Positions 11,641 through 22,895 of a DNA stretch of 64,000 bases are shown piece after piece. The notes under the pieces are model-generated. The model did no database searches, was not told where the DNA came from, and saw only the letters and a list, made by a program, of their open reading frames with translations. How positions within the stretch are numbered: position 1 is the first letter of the stretch; the number at the start of each line of letters is the position of its first letter. A program made the position numbers and the translations under genes. Location of the stretch: assembly GCA_043228905.1 (NCBI GenBank), contig JBHGNT010000014.1, positions 19,158,001-19,222,000 on the forward strand. Reading direction: 5' to 3'. Source of the stretch: Azolla caroliniana. Its lineage: Eukaryota; Plantae; Polypodiophyta.

Positions 11641-13829
11641 GAGGATTCGCCTCCGAGACTATCTCGATTCCTTTCATGATTGGCTCGCACTGTTAGGAAT
11701 TGGACCGATCTTTGGTTGTCAAGACTCTTTATTCGTGCGAAGGCTGCTCCATTATCGAACACTTTGGTCTCCATCTGAGATGATGTGATATAAGGTTGCC
11801 CTAGGATGACAGGATGCGACGCCGATTCTTGTACGAAGAAGTGTTGATCCATCTCCACATCCCCGATCGTGACTTTGACATTGGGACAAGCTCCGTACAA
11901 GTCCTCCGTAGACTTTGTTGCCGCGCGAATCTTCCATCCGTGGTTTGTATTGATTGGCCATCTTCCCTTTTTGTAGAAGTCGGTTGAGATGAGGTTGATC
12001 TCCGAGCCGTGGTCGATCAAGGCTACGACGGTCTCTTTCTTCTCCCCGATCTTCACCGGCGTCTCCGTTGTCGCTCGTGCCCAATGAGGTCGAGTGTAGT
12101 GGCTGTCCACCATATCTTCATCGATTTCGTCTCTTGCCATCGTTATGGCATTCGTTTTTGCTTTCTGCGGCTTCTCTTCTTCCTCGTCCGATTGTTGTCT
12201 CTTTCTCTTTACAAGGTCCACTATTGTGTCATGGAACTCCTTCTTCGTAATGCCAAGCAATTCCCTCAAGGACAAAGTTACATGGCTATCAAGAACTCGT
12301 TCTTCGAGAATCTTCTTTAGGTCCGTCGTCTGCTCTATGTCCGACCTTAGCTTATAAGTAGGTATAGTCCTTGTCCTCCGAGTGGGGTCTTCGACACCAA
12401 CCTTCATGGGCCGAACCGTTTCTTCAACTCGTATGCTCGGCTCCCCTTTTCGGCTTGACTCTCGTTCCTCCGTTTGTAAAGGTCGACTCGTCTCCGCATC
12501 GTCCTTCTTTTTCACGTTCCTTGTTTCATGTCTTTTTGATGGGCCTTGCTCTTCTATTCTCTTTCTCTTTTCTTCGACGAACACCTCGTGGTTGTCGCAC
12601 ATCACCTCTGCAAGTATGGTGTTGTCGTCCACCGGATCCGACCACTCGGTTATGCTTTGCACGCTTCGGTCCGCAAGCTCTACCTCGTTCAATGTGATTT
12701 TTCCCTTCTTCTCATATTCAAGAACGGAAGTCCAAAACTTTGCTCCCGCTCTAGTAGCTTCAGTCTTGTCTTTCCCGACTCTTATTCCGGCCGACGCAGC
12801 ATAGTGCATCGCATCCACATGAGTCGCATCGGCATCCTCCATAGATCTCTTCATTCCTCCTCTTCCGAAATTCACCCGTAGGGGTCTTCTAGTCTCGCTT
12901 GAGCAGATCATGTTGTCCTCTATGTAAACGATATTTTGTCGAATTGCCTCTCGAAGGCTCGCACAATCCCTTCTCATGTGGTCCATGCTATCGCACCACA
13001 CGCATCTAAAGGGTTCTTTTCCTTTAGGGCCCCGACGATTCATGTTGGCTAGCGTGACCTTCTCGAACTTCTTCGCTAGCTCTTCAATGATGTCGTCATC
13101 AATCTTCTTTTCTTCCACGTTACTTTGTCTCGGCGGCTCAGCTACTTTCGGCGGTCTTGCTTTCTCCGTGGTAGTCGGTCCCGTCAAGTCGGTGTCATCA
13201 ACCCATTGGCGACGCTTGTCGAGCCTATTGCATGCCCGCTTCACCGCGATCCAGTCCGCTACGAGCCCATTTGCTTGGGTATCATCTTCGAGAAGAGTCC
13301 CCAACTCCCGTCTATCCTTTATGTCCACGGCCTTCAAGAAGTACAAAGTCTTGTCCTCTTCAAGCAACACTTGGTCCATATTGGGGAGACGACTAAACAT
13401 CTGGTCGAATTCGTCATACACCCTCGAGACGCTCATCTTCTTATTCTTCTTCTCTATCCACTTCATTAGGGCATGTCGAGTCATCCTCGTTGAGTCTTCA
13501 GTCACGAACTCCGCTAGTATCGTTTTCTCGAACTCGGACCATGTTGTCTTTCCTTCTTGAATCTCGATGACGCGTCTTTGGATGTTGTTGGCGACAACTC
13601 TCTTGAAGCTTGCGATTTGACGTGCCTCGGACACGTCCCTTTGATTCATCTCCCTCTTATATGCATCAAGGAACTTCGTAACGTTCCTTCCATCGAATTG
13701 GCCCTCGAGCTCTACGACACGATCGATAGCCTTCTTCACGCTCGCGCCGTTGTCCCGAGATCTCATCATTTGCTCGACGATTAGCATCATCCTTTCGAGC
13801 TCTCCTGCTTGGTTGCTTGAGGACGCCAT
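11631..13829 (-). CDS. Gypsy Gag-aspartic protease fusion ORF
   Basis: Uninterrupted ORF of about 732 aa with zinc knuckle CVWCDSMDHMRRDC and protease motifs ALIDHGSEINL...VILGQPY. Confidence 0.92.
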   Translation of the reverse strand: MASSSNQAGELERMMLIVEQMMRSRDNGASVKKAIDRVVELEGQFDGRNVTKFLDAYKREMNQRDVSEARQIASFKRVVANNIQRRVIEIQEGKTTWSEFEKTILAEFVTEDSTRMTRHALMKWIEKKNKKMSVSRVYDEFDQMFSRLPNMDQVLLEEDKTLYFLKAVDIKDRRELGTLLEDDTQANGLVADWIAVKRACNRLDKRRQWVDDTDLTGPTTTEKARPPKVAEPPRQSNVEEKKIDDDIIEELAKKFEKVTLANMNRRGPKGKEPFRCVWCDSMDHMRRDCASLREAIRQNIVYIEDNMICSSETRRPLRVNFGRGGMKRSMEDADATHVDAMHYAASAGIRVGKDKTEATRAGAKFWTSVLEYEKKGKITLNEVELADRSVQSITEWSDPVDDNTILAEVMCDNHEVFVEEKRKRIEEQGPSKRHETRNVKKKDDAETSRPLQTEERESSRKGEPSIRVEETVRPMKVGVEDPTRRTRTIPTYKLRSDIEQTTDLKKILEERVLDSHVTLSLRELLGITKKEFHDTIVDLVKRKRQQSDEEEEKPQKAKTNAITMARDEIDEDMVDSHYTRPHWARATTETPVKIGEKKETVVALIDHGSEINLISTDFYKKGRWPINTNHGWKIRAATKSTEDLYGACPNVKVTIGDVEMDQHFFVQESASHPVILGQPYITSSQMETKVFDNGAAFARIKSLDNQRSVQFLTVRANHERNRDSLGGESSDF

Positions 13830-13870
13830 CTCCAAGTATTAATCTCGACTTGATCCTTCCTACCGCCTCT

Positions 13871-13888
13871 TTCACGTCGGGTTCACCA
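13871..13888 (-). promoter_or_regulatory. Primer-binding site complementary to the tRNA-Trp 3' end
   Basis: TGGTGAACCCGACGTGAA, 8 nt from the 5' LTR. It matches the recalled plant tRNA-Trp 3' end ...TTCACGTCGGGTTCA-CCA. Confidence 0.8.
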
Positions 13889-14282
13889 CTTTATTATGTC
13901 GTGAAGATCCGTCACTACGCGCGGATCGTGAGGCGGAACCGCCGGGGTTCTGGACCAGAAGGATTTAGAGTCGTTTGGCGAGAAAGTACTTAAGAAAGAT
14001 TGGGAAAGAGAGAAGATGAGATTACACGATTGATTTGATAACGAATTTCTTCTTCTTAATTTTCATAAAAAAAAACCGTGTTTTTCTCCTCCCCCTTCCC
14101 TCTTTTATAGATGCTCTCATGCATATGATGCATGTGAGGGTACAAGACATGCGTAAATTGCATGTTTGCCATTTGGCGCTTAAGTATTACATGTGGTGCA
14201 TGCTAACCATGTCACTCATTTTAGCACTCATGGATAAGAATTTACATGTAAAAGTACAATGATAGAAATATAATTTCAACTA

Positions 14283-14376
14283 AATATTATGGCTTAATGG
14301 TAAGCCATTTGACTCCTAACTTGGAGGTGCAAGGTTCGAATCCATACTTGCCCTCCTTGTATATGTATATATTTTT
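14283..14376 (+). ncRNA. tRNA-derived Pol III promoter module in the Gypsy 5' LTR
   Basis: A box 14290-14300, B box 14333-14343, TTTTT at 14372-14376. The core is identical to 7483-7536. Confidence 0.7.
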
Positions 14377-14902
14377 ATATATTTATTTTATCTAGTCGTC
14401 GGTTCGCCGGATGCCGACGCCGGATACCGGTGCCGCCGCCGGATGCCGCCGCCGCCGCCGGATACCGGTGCCGCCGCTGGATGCCGACGCCACATGCCGT
14501 CGGATCACCGGCTCCATCGCCGGTCCGGTTTTGGTTGGCCAAAACCCTTTACGAGTAGCTAGCCACCTCCACTCTAAGTTCAAGTTACCTTGAACTCTCT
14601 ATGCTCCACACATAGACACAAAGATAACATCTTTTGCTCCTCCTTATATATGATGAGAGCCGTATTTGTCGTGCCTATGTGGGATATCTCACAATTTTCT
14701 CTTTTCTTTTCACAAACTTTATACCCTCATATCTTGACATTTAGTTGTCCATTTCTCGTGTAATAAAGTGCATTCGAAACCTCCATCATTTTGTACTTAG
14801 ATATTAAAAATGTTATCTTCACAATTATTGTATTACATGATTCATACTCGATTTTGTACGTTTTATGGGATTTTCACACTATTGCCGAAAATCTTCACGA
14901 CA

Positions 14903-17745
14903 TCGTTCTCCGCCAATGCGTGCATCTCTTCCTCCATCGCGGCATGCCAATTCGCGTCCTTCGCCGCTTCTGCATAGCTCTCCGGCTCACGCACTTCCGC
15001 TATACGGGTCATGTACGCATAATGATGCTCCATGTACTCGTTGTATCCGAACTGCAAAACAGGGTTCTTCTGGCGGGTAGATCGGCGTAATCTCACATTA
15101 GCCGACGTCGAGGCCTTCTCGTTCGACGTGGACTTCACCTTTAAAGACCCGTCACCGGTTCCCTCGGAGTCGGACTCGCGTTGGTCTGACTCGTTCCTAC
15201 CCGTGCCGGAATCCGACACCTTCTTCTTCCCTTTCTCTTTGCGCGTAAGCCGTCTCCTCGGCTTCCTGCGTGGGGAATGCACGACCGAGTCTCCACTACT
15301 CGCCGGCTCTTCATCGGACTGATCGTACCGACTTAGTCGTCCAATCGGTTCACTTAAACGGAGTGAAATCGGACTCTCTTCGCGGGTCTCGATTTCGGGC
15401 TCATCCGGAGGCATCTCGGCCTCGCTGACCTCATCGTCAGAACTCGGATTGGAGTCGGGGTTCGGAGTCGGGGGCTAGTACCAGGACGCGGACTCGTCAA
15501 ACACAACGTCGCGGCTAACACGTGCTTGTTTGGTACGAGGGTTATAGCACTTATAACCCTTCTACGCGTCCGAGTAACCTACCAAGATGCATTTCTCGGC
15601 CTTTGCGTCCAGCTTCCTCCTTTTCTCCTTCGGTACATGCACATACGCAATGCTACCGAACACCCTCAAGTGTCACAAGTTCGGCTTCGTTCCGAAGTAT
15701 AGCTCATGCGCCGACACTTTGTCTCCGATTCGGTTCTGGATGTATACCGCGGTCCTTATCGCCTCGGCCCAGTAGAACTTGGGCAAGGTCTTCTCCTCCA
15801 GCATTGCCAGTGCCGCTTCCACAACTGACTGATTCTTCCTCTTGGCCACGTTGTTCTGCTCCGGCGTGTATCTACAACTGAATTCGCGCCGAATTCCCAT
15901 TTGTTGTAGATAACTGTTGAATTGACCAGAAAAGTACTCTTTCCCGCCATCTGACTGCAGGCACTTGATCTTTCGTCCCGTTTCCGTTTCCACAAACCCT
16001 TTGAGGTCCCGGAAACAGTCGAAGACTTCGCTCTTCCTCTCAATGAGGTAGATCCACGTGTGCCCCGTGTGATCGTCGATGAAGGAGACGAAATATCGGC
16101 TCCCACCAAGACTAACGTTTTGTGCCGGCCCCCATACATCGGAGTGTATAAGGTCGAGCTTGTTCCGGCTCCGGTTTCGCTCGTTGGGGAAAGGAAGTCG
16201 GTGTTGCTTCCTGAGCTGGCATGCTTCACAAATTTGTGCCTTTAGGCCACTAAATTTGGGCAATCCGAACACTACTTGTTAAGATTGCAGATCTTGAAGC
16301 CGCTGGTAGTTGACGTGGCCTATCCGCTTGTGCCACAAGTCGATGTCCGACTTGGATTTTTGTCCCTTCGCGAACATTGCGGTGCCGCCGTCAGTGGAGT
16401 CGAGGATGAACATCCTCCCGTCTCTGCGCCCTTGCGCAATCACACGGCCTTCTTCCTCAATGAAGCACCCGAGGTGTGTAAACCGAACCTCCATCCCTTG
16501 GTCGACGATCTGTCCGACCGAGACCAAGTTCTTCGTAATTGTCGGAACGTGCAACACGTTCATGAGTTTCCCTTTCTGCCCGACATGGCTAAGGGGAACT
16601 TCTCCAACATTCGCAATCGGATGCGGAGTGTCGTCTCCAGTTGCGACTACTCCAGGTTGTATCAGTTTTTCAAGGTACGAGAACCACTCCTTATGGCTTG
16701 TCATGTGGTTTGACGCGCCAGAGTCTACGTACCACACCTCGTCCGATCTCGGGGTGGTCAGTTTCATTGAGTTTGCTTCGTGTCTCATCACGAAGGCAAA
16801 CCCTTCTCCGGCTCTCCCAGAGTCTTCGACGTAGTGCGATCGTTGTCGATTTCCCTTGTCGGTATGTCCAGAGCCGTTTCCGGAACCGGTTCTCTCCGAA
16901 TCGACGCGCTTCTTCTAGCACTCACTTTCCCTGTGGCCTTTCTTGCCACAGTACTAGCACTCCGCGATGGCCTTCCCTTGCCGGTTCTCATCGCTTCGAC
17001 TCCCCCTGTTTCCGGAGGGTCCGGAGTTGCTATCGGCATCACTTCGGTGCCTTCTTCCTTGATCTCGTTGGCCGCCTCCATTGCGCACCGACTCGCCTCG
17101 TCCTCCACGTCCACGAAGCCTATCTCCCTTCGTGTACAACATTCTGTTGTCGGTGTGCGTGCTTGTAGACGCACCCGCGTGGTTCTCCTCTACCAAGAGC
17201 ATTGACTGTAAGTCGAAAAAGGACGGCGTATTCTCCCGGGTACACACAGCCGTTCGGAACGCTCCGAACTTCCACGCCAAACCTCCGAGACAGATCTGGA
17301 CCATCTCACTCTCCTCGATGTTCACCTCTATGGAGGCGAGGGAGTCGTAGATATCCTTGATCTTCGAGGTGTAGTCTACCACCGACAAGTCGCGTTGTCG
17401 TAGGTTGCTCAACTCCTGTCAGAGCTGAAGCTTCCTGGCTGTGGTGCTCGCGGCGAAAATCTTCTTCAGATTTTCCCACGCACCCTTCAACGTCTTTGCA
17501 TCCCGAACATAGCTCAATAGTTGTTCCCCCACACACGACGCGAAGCAGTATAATACCCTGCTCGCGGATTGCTCCCACGACGGGAAGTCTCTGTGTGTCG
17601 ATTTGGGTGCCACGTCATTAGCTCCTTCGACATAACTCCAGTAGCCATGCCCGAGCAGGTACTGGTGCATCTTGTAGGACCAAGACTCGTAGTTGGTTCT
17701 GTCGAGCTTCTCTGTTGGAAGCGAGCTCGCCATGCCTCTATCCAT
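14903..17745 (-). pseudogene. Copia gag-protease-integrase (5' part of the polyprotein)
   Basis: KLDRTNYESWSYKM gag N-terminus, zinc knuckle at about 16900-16960, WYVDSGASNHM, LWHKRIGH, IHSDVWGP, SDGGKEY. Several in-frame stops are present. Confidence 0.95.
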
Positions 17746-19017
17746 CGTTCTTCTTGTTCTTCTTCGTCAAACTGTGTTGGCTGCAGAGAGGTTCTCAACC
17801 CTTGCGCTCTGATACCATGTAGAAAGTAGCGTGCGGAAGCAAGTATGAAGACCGAACAGAAGGAAGAAAACTCAGGTTTAATGGAGAGCTTGAGCTTACG
17901 CAGTATACGCGGGAAAGACAGAGGGAGTGAGAGAGAGAAAACAAAAGAACTATATTCAACAAGAAGGCAACTCAATCTCTATTCACAACTCTATACATAT
18001 GTGTGTTCAATGAACACTTTTATACAAGTCCTAGAAGGATTGACCGAAGTACTAACAGTACTTCAATGCTCATTAAGAGCTCCTACACTAACTCCCAAAT
18101 ATATTCCTCACGGAATATCTTTCCTAACGGCCTCCCGGTTTACGCATCGATCCGACCCTACCTACGCACCGATCTGCGTACCGGTTTATGCAGTCGGCCT
18201 AACCGATCGGTCCCAACCGATTCAGTCCCCGGCTTCTTCAGCCGATCCGGCCGATGTTGAGCTTGTCTCTCAACAACCCTCACAAGGAACACGAACAGCA
18301 ACAGGCATGAGAGACCATGCGGCCCTCACCGAGAACTGAACACGAACGGGCGTGAGTGACCTTGCGACCCTCACCAAGAATTGGAACACGAACGGACGTG
18401 AGTGACCATGTGTGGCCCTCATCGGAAACTGGAACGTGAGCGATCATGTGCGGTCCTCATCGAAAACACAAACGAGCGTGATTGACCATGCAGCCTTCAC
18501 CGAGAACTGGAACAACAACGGGTGAAGGAGTGCAAGTGAAGCGGTTGACTCGACTTCTTCTATTATGAGAGGGCAAATAGTTGAGGTTGACCCAAGACAC
18601 GTCACAAACGGTAGCGCTAGCAAGAAACCCACGCGGTTTCCACTAGGAAAGTGAGCGATCGAAATCAGTCCTCGCCAATAGAAAGTGGCACAAACTATAA
18701 CGAAAATGCAGTGCAAGCGAACAATGATCCGATCCCCACCATGAAAGTGAGCAGTTGTGACCCCCACTGGAACTAGGAATGTGAGCAATCGAAAGCACTC
18801 CTCACCAAAACCACGATGCAAAATGATACCTAAAAATGATGACAAGTAGTGTTGATGACGATAATGGTTGGTCAAAGAGGTGCTAAAAATGATGACTTAG
18901 AAGACAAGGATGTTGATGATGGTAACTTCGGAAGCAAGGATGGTGATGATGGTAACTCTAGAAGCAAAGGTGATGACAAAGACAGGTGGTGCTCCCAGTT
19001 GAAAGGGATGAACAAAT

Positions 19018-19458
19018 TGTGACAGACACACCAAGCGCGAACTAGGACGGATCGTAGATGATGGGGCTACAAGCAACGAATGAACTTGGAGCTAGATGTG
19101 ATGAGGCTAGGAACTCTAGATGTTGTGAACGACACGAGGGCATGAAGACAGAAATAAATATCAAGGAGACAAATATGAGGCGAAATGAGAATACTAGATT
19201 GATGTGTCAAAGACTGGTGTTGAATCCCTTGAAAGGGATCAAGGAGGTTACAAGTATTTATACATGTTTTGAGATTGAATATCTCTAAAATATACTCAAG
19301 AAATATCTCGAGAATATACCCGTTTAGAATATACCACAAAATAATTCTAGAATGTACTAACGACTAGAATATTCTTGAATGTACTCTACAATATATACAA
19401 GTTCACAACAATGTACTGTGTGTGTTAAAAGTCAGAGGTTCAAGTCTAGAATGTGAGA
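19018..19458 (-). repeat. 5' LTR of the outer chromovirus-derived element
   Basis: Aligns with 3636-4110 at roughly 10% divergence plus a deletion of about 35 bp. TATAAATA on the minus strand at 19255-19262. Confidence 0.9.
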
Positions 19459-20743
19459 GCATCTGCCATCCGTTATGAATGTGTGGTTGGTGAATGGGAC
19501 CTCTTTAATGGATGCCTCTAAATGTTGGAAGTGGTTATGGAGTATGCATATCCCTAGGAAGATCGTCCTTTTTCGTTAGTTATTGATATAGTATGCACTA
19601 CCGGTTCAGGCTTGGTTATGACAACTAAATAGTAAATCATGTGGATTTGGGTGTGGATGTATGATGGAATAAATTAAGCACGTATTGTGGTCTTGTCCTA
19701 AATTTATGCAAGAGAGTATTAAGGTTGTCGATATTGATACATGCTAACTGTGTGATCACTTGGGGTGCGGTTAGGTGGGGCATTCTAGAGGGACAACTGT
19801 TGTTATATGAAAAGGAGGATATAGTGGAAGCCTTTCACATAGTTCATCCACATATACAAATGGTTCAACCTTTTATAAGTGATAGTTTGCAATTTAGGGA
19901 TGATATTATTTAGAAGACAATTTCATCTATTTTGATGTGGGTAATTTGGAAGGCGCGATGCACACTAGTATTTGGCAATGCCACTTAGGATATTTTTGTT
20001 ATAATTGTTGAATTCTGGTTGTTACTTATTCATATATTACGTGGTCAGTATGAAAGTTTTACATGCAATGCAAATGCCATTTTTAGGAAGCAAATGCATT
20101 TTAAAAGGTTATGGGATTTGATGCTTATTTTTAGGGAAGATTGAGATCACATAATATGGATGTATATTGTTCCTGTCATTTTGGGAAACAATGTCTAATA
20201 ATTTTGTTTATGGTCACTCTGTTGCTACAAATTTTGGTGGTATAGGTTACATTGCATGCTCGGTTGCAGTTTAGGAGGAGTAGACCATAAAAATCTTGGA
20301 GATATGGTGTACAAATATGTGTAGTTCTTGTATATACACATCAAATCGGCTATGATGTGAGCACAATGGAGTTGGTTGGTATACTCCTTTATCCAACACA
20401 ACTTTGTATTTTTTGTGATTTTATAATACCAAGGCGTATCTCTTTTCAGAAAAGAAAGAAAGAGTGATACTCCTTGAATGTGTAAAATATCATCATAGTT
20501 GATCACTAAGAGGGATTTATGTATTGTCCTATTTGTAAGCAGTGGTAATATTGTAATTTGTTGGGGACGAGAAAATAGTAAACAATAGGGTAGTTTGTTG
20601 TGACAAGCTAAGGATAAAATATAAAGAAAATGTAAGCATGTCGATAACATTAACTAGACGATAATTGAATGTTGGAGAGTCAAGTAGTTTTGGGAGCATT
20701 GCTTATTGCTCAATCGTATAAGCGTAAGTTGTAACACAATATG

Positions 20744-21181
20744 TGTTAACTCTTAGGGCCGGACAATGGCCTAACACAGGGTGTCTACGGAAGACACTTC
20801 ACCAAAGGGGTGTTACGGCAATAAGATTAGACTCAACGATTAATCCGACTTAATTAGGCTACTTAGTAAGATCGTCCTTAATAATCACACACGTAAGATA
20901 TAACAATGAATGCAGAACGGCAATTAACACCGAGAGATAAAAACACTAAGCTTTATTAATTAACCACTGCTCATTACATTGTATCTAGGCCTTTAAATAG
21001 GTTTCCGGTTTGTAGTACAAAACGGTGCCATCCGCACCTGTTCGGGATTGGTCCGGATCCGGAACGGCATACCGATTTTGGTCCGTCCGTCCACACTCAT
21101 AGCTTACTTACAACCATTCCTAATAATTAAATAACTCCCCGTTTCACACTCTGGACTCCTTTGTCGGCCGGGCCGGTAACA
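20744..21181 (-). mobile_element. Solo LTR
   Basis: TGTTA...TAACA termini and a perfect TSD ATATG (20739-20743; 21182-21186). TATA-like and AATAAA motifs on the minus strand. Confidence 0.85.
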
Positions 21182-21494
21182 ATATGTCTTGATAAATTCC
21201 GCCAACAAGAGAAGAACTCCCCCTTATATTCAATATTTCCTCATAGTATTTGAAATCACAAGATTCTAAACAAACAAAGTGCAACACACATCTAGTGAAC
21301 TATATTGAAAGGCAATGAGTCGAGTCCATCACTCATCATTGATCCTTGGGAAGGCCTAATGTCCGACGACATAACCCTTATTGGCCAAATCAGGCATCCT
21401 ACGTCTCAATATAAAAAAACACATGATATCGAAAAGGCAAACAGATGCGCGAGACATCAATAATGTTGGCCATTTCAAAGAAAATAACATATAT

Positions 21495-22862
21495 ATGACG
21501 AGAAGAGATTTTACGCCTACACCGTCGTCGTCAACGCCTAGGGAGCAATCCAACGAATCGGCTCCTGCTTCTCCTACGATTGACGGTACTATCGATGTTC
21601 AGTTGGCACCGGAGGATGAGCTTGTTGTTCTCAAGGAGGTTAAGTGCTTGGAGCAATGCTCAGTGGTTGCCCAGGTCTTGGGTAAATGACCGAGTAGAGG
21701 TGATCTTCGTCATCTTCTTCAGGCAGCGTTACAGGACAAACTCGATAAAATTAGTGATATACATATGATGGGCCGAGGTTGCTATCAATTGGAGTTTACA
21801 AACCATTCCTCTGTTCATAATTTCATTACTATTCACTCAGTAGATATCTTAGGTGCATGGGTTCTTTTTTTCCCATGGACCCACGGTTTTGATACGACAA
21901 TGTTAGAGGCCGATGCAACAGGCTACTTTACGTGTACTGCTATCTTCCCAGGCCTAGATAAGGAATGGAGGGAGGTTCTTGCGAAAATTGGGGCCGCAAT
22001 TGGAAGAATGTTGCATGTTAATCCATCCACATTTAGGGACATTGTCGAAAAAGGAGGAGCTCCATCTGTCAAGCTACTCTGTCAAAAGAATGTTGTTTTA
22101 CCTAATTGGATTCGTCTTCCAAAGTTGCAAGGTAATATGTTTCAAAAAATTCAGAAAGTGATTTATTTTGGTTTGCCCAACCAATGTTTTTCGTGTAAAA
22201 AAATCGGCCATTTGGCAAAAGATTGTTCGTCTGCCCATGTCAAGCCTATTGCTCCTGCGAATAATCAAAGTAATAGTGTTGTCAATACTTTGTTGCCTCA
22301 AGCAATTCAACCGGAGAAGGTTTTTGATACATCTTTGAATTATGTGTGGAAAGGGAAAAGTGTTCACAGGCTTTCCTCAAATCCCCCTTAAATTGCATTG
22401 CCTGAATGTACTAAGGATGCTTTGTAGTCAGATATAGGAATGTCGGTTTCCGTTCCATTTATGGATATTATTCCAGTCAATTCCCCTCACTCCGCATTGC
22501 ATGAATGTAGTATGGATGTTTTGCATAAAGATGTGGGAATGTTGGTTCCCTCCTCCTCTCTTGAAATTGTCCTAGTGCCAGAACAAATTATTACAAAAGT
22601 TAAAACGTCAGTTCAAAAAATGATAACCTCTTTTGAACATAAGGGTCCAAAGGTAGATGCTCGATCATATTCAGTTGTTTTGCAGACAGAAGTTGGGAAA
22701 TCGCCTTATGTTTTTTCCTCTTCGAAGGATAGTATAGAAGCATTTGGGAATAGTAAAAATAGGGTGCATAAAGATCACCGTGTTTTATACAAAGATTCCC
22801 GTATGGAAAAAAGAATAACAAGAGCAGTAACATCTTCTCAAAAGAGAGACAAGGAGTTTTGA
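21495..22862 (+). pseudogene. LINE ORF1 (DUF4283-like region plus CCHC knuckle)
   Basis: MGRGCYQLEF...FPW...CFSCKKIGHLAKDC, with internal stops. Confidence 0.85.
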
Positions 22863-22895
22863 CTGATAAAAGGTCTTCTCCCGCTCACTCTTAAT

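Larger units (their letters stand above)
7089..14902 (-). mobile_element. Ty3/Gypsy non-chromovirus LTR retrotransposon (Phygy/fungal-like), near intact
   Basis: LTRs 7089-8072 and 13897-14902 with 12-bp terminal inverted repeats TGTCGTGAAGAT/ATCTTCACGACA. 4-bp TSD TCGT; removing the element restores the Copia frame ALAENETWDLV. PBS for tRNA-Trp, PPT-like tract 8073-8089. Confidence 0.97.
4641..18275 (-). mobile_element. Ty1/Copia LTR retrotransposon, full length but degenerate, interrupted by a Gypsy element
   Basis: LTRs 4641-5097 and 17818-18275 (TG...CA, about 3% divergent by eye), TSD ACCCT. PBS TGGTATCAGAGC (tRNA-iMet) at 17806-17817, PPT at 5098-5105. Domain order gag-PR-INT-RT-RH. 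Confidence 0.97.
3636..19458 (-). mobile_element. Non-autonomous LTR retrotransposon, chromovirus (Tcn1/Tf1-like) derivative
   Basis: LTRs 3636-4110 and 19018-19458, TSD GCATC (3631-3635; 19459-19463), PPT at 4111-4124. Chromodomain remnant YLVFWKDY...DLQNALEMVxDFHQQYPLKP at about 4148-4248. Its own internal region is only about 1.3 kb and has no pol. Confidence 0.85.
3613..20459 (+). mobile_element. 5'-truncated L1-type LINE (about 1 kb of its own sequence: 3613-3635 plus 19464-20459), host of nest 1
   Basis: 18-bp TSD AAGAGTGATACTCCTTGA at 3595-3612 and 20460-20477, with an A-rich tail before the right copy. The decayed translation KCWKWLWSMHIPRKIVLFR...CGFGC...KHVLWSCP matches the zf-RVT region of the LINE at about 25000. 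Confidence 0.8.

Noticed and set aside
8279-13784. Numerous plus-strand ORFs over the Gypsy element (likewise over both Copia elements)
   Set aside because: These are antisense shadows of GC-rich coding sequence with no motifs.
17845-18339. 164-aa antisense ORF in the Copia 5' LTR
   Set aside because: It is broken by an indel in the other LTR copy and has no recognisable domain.
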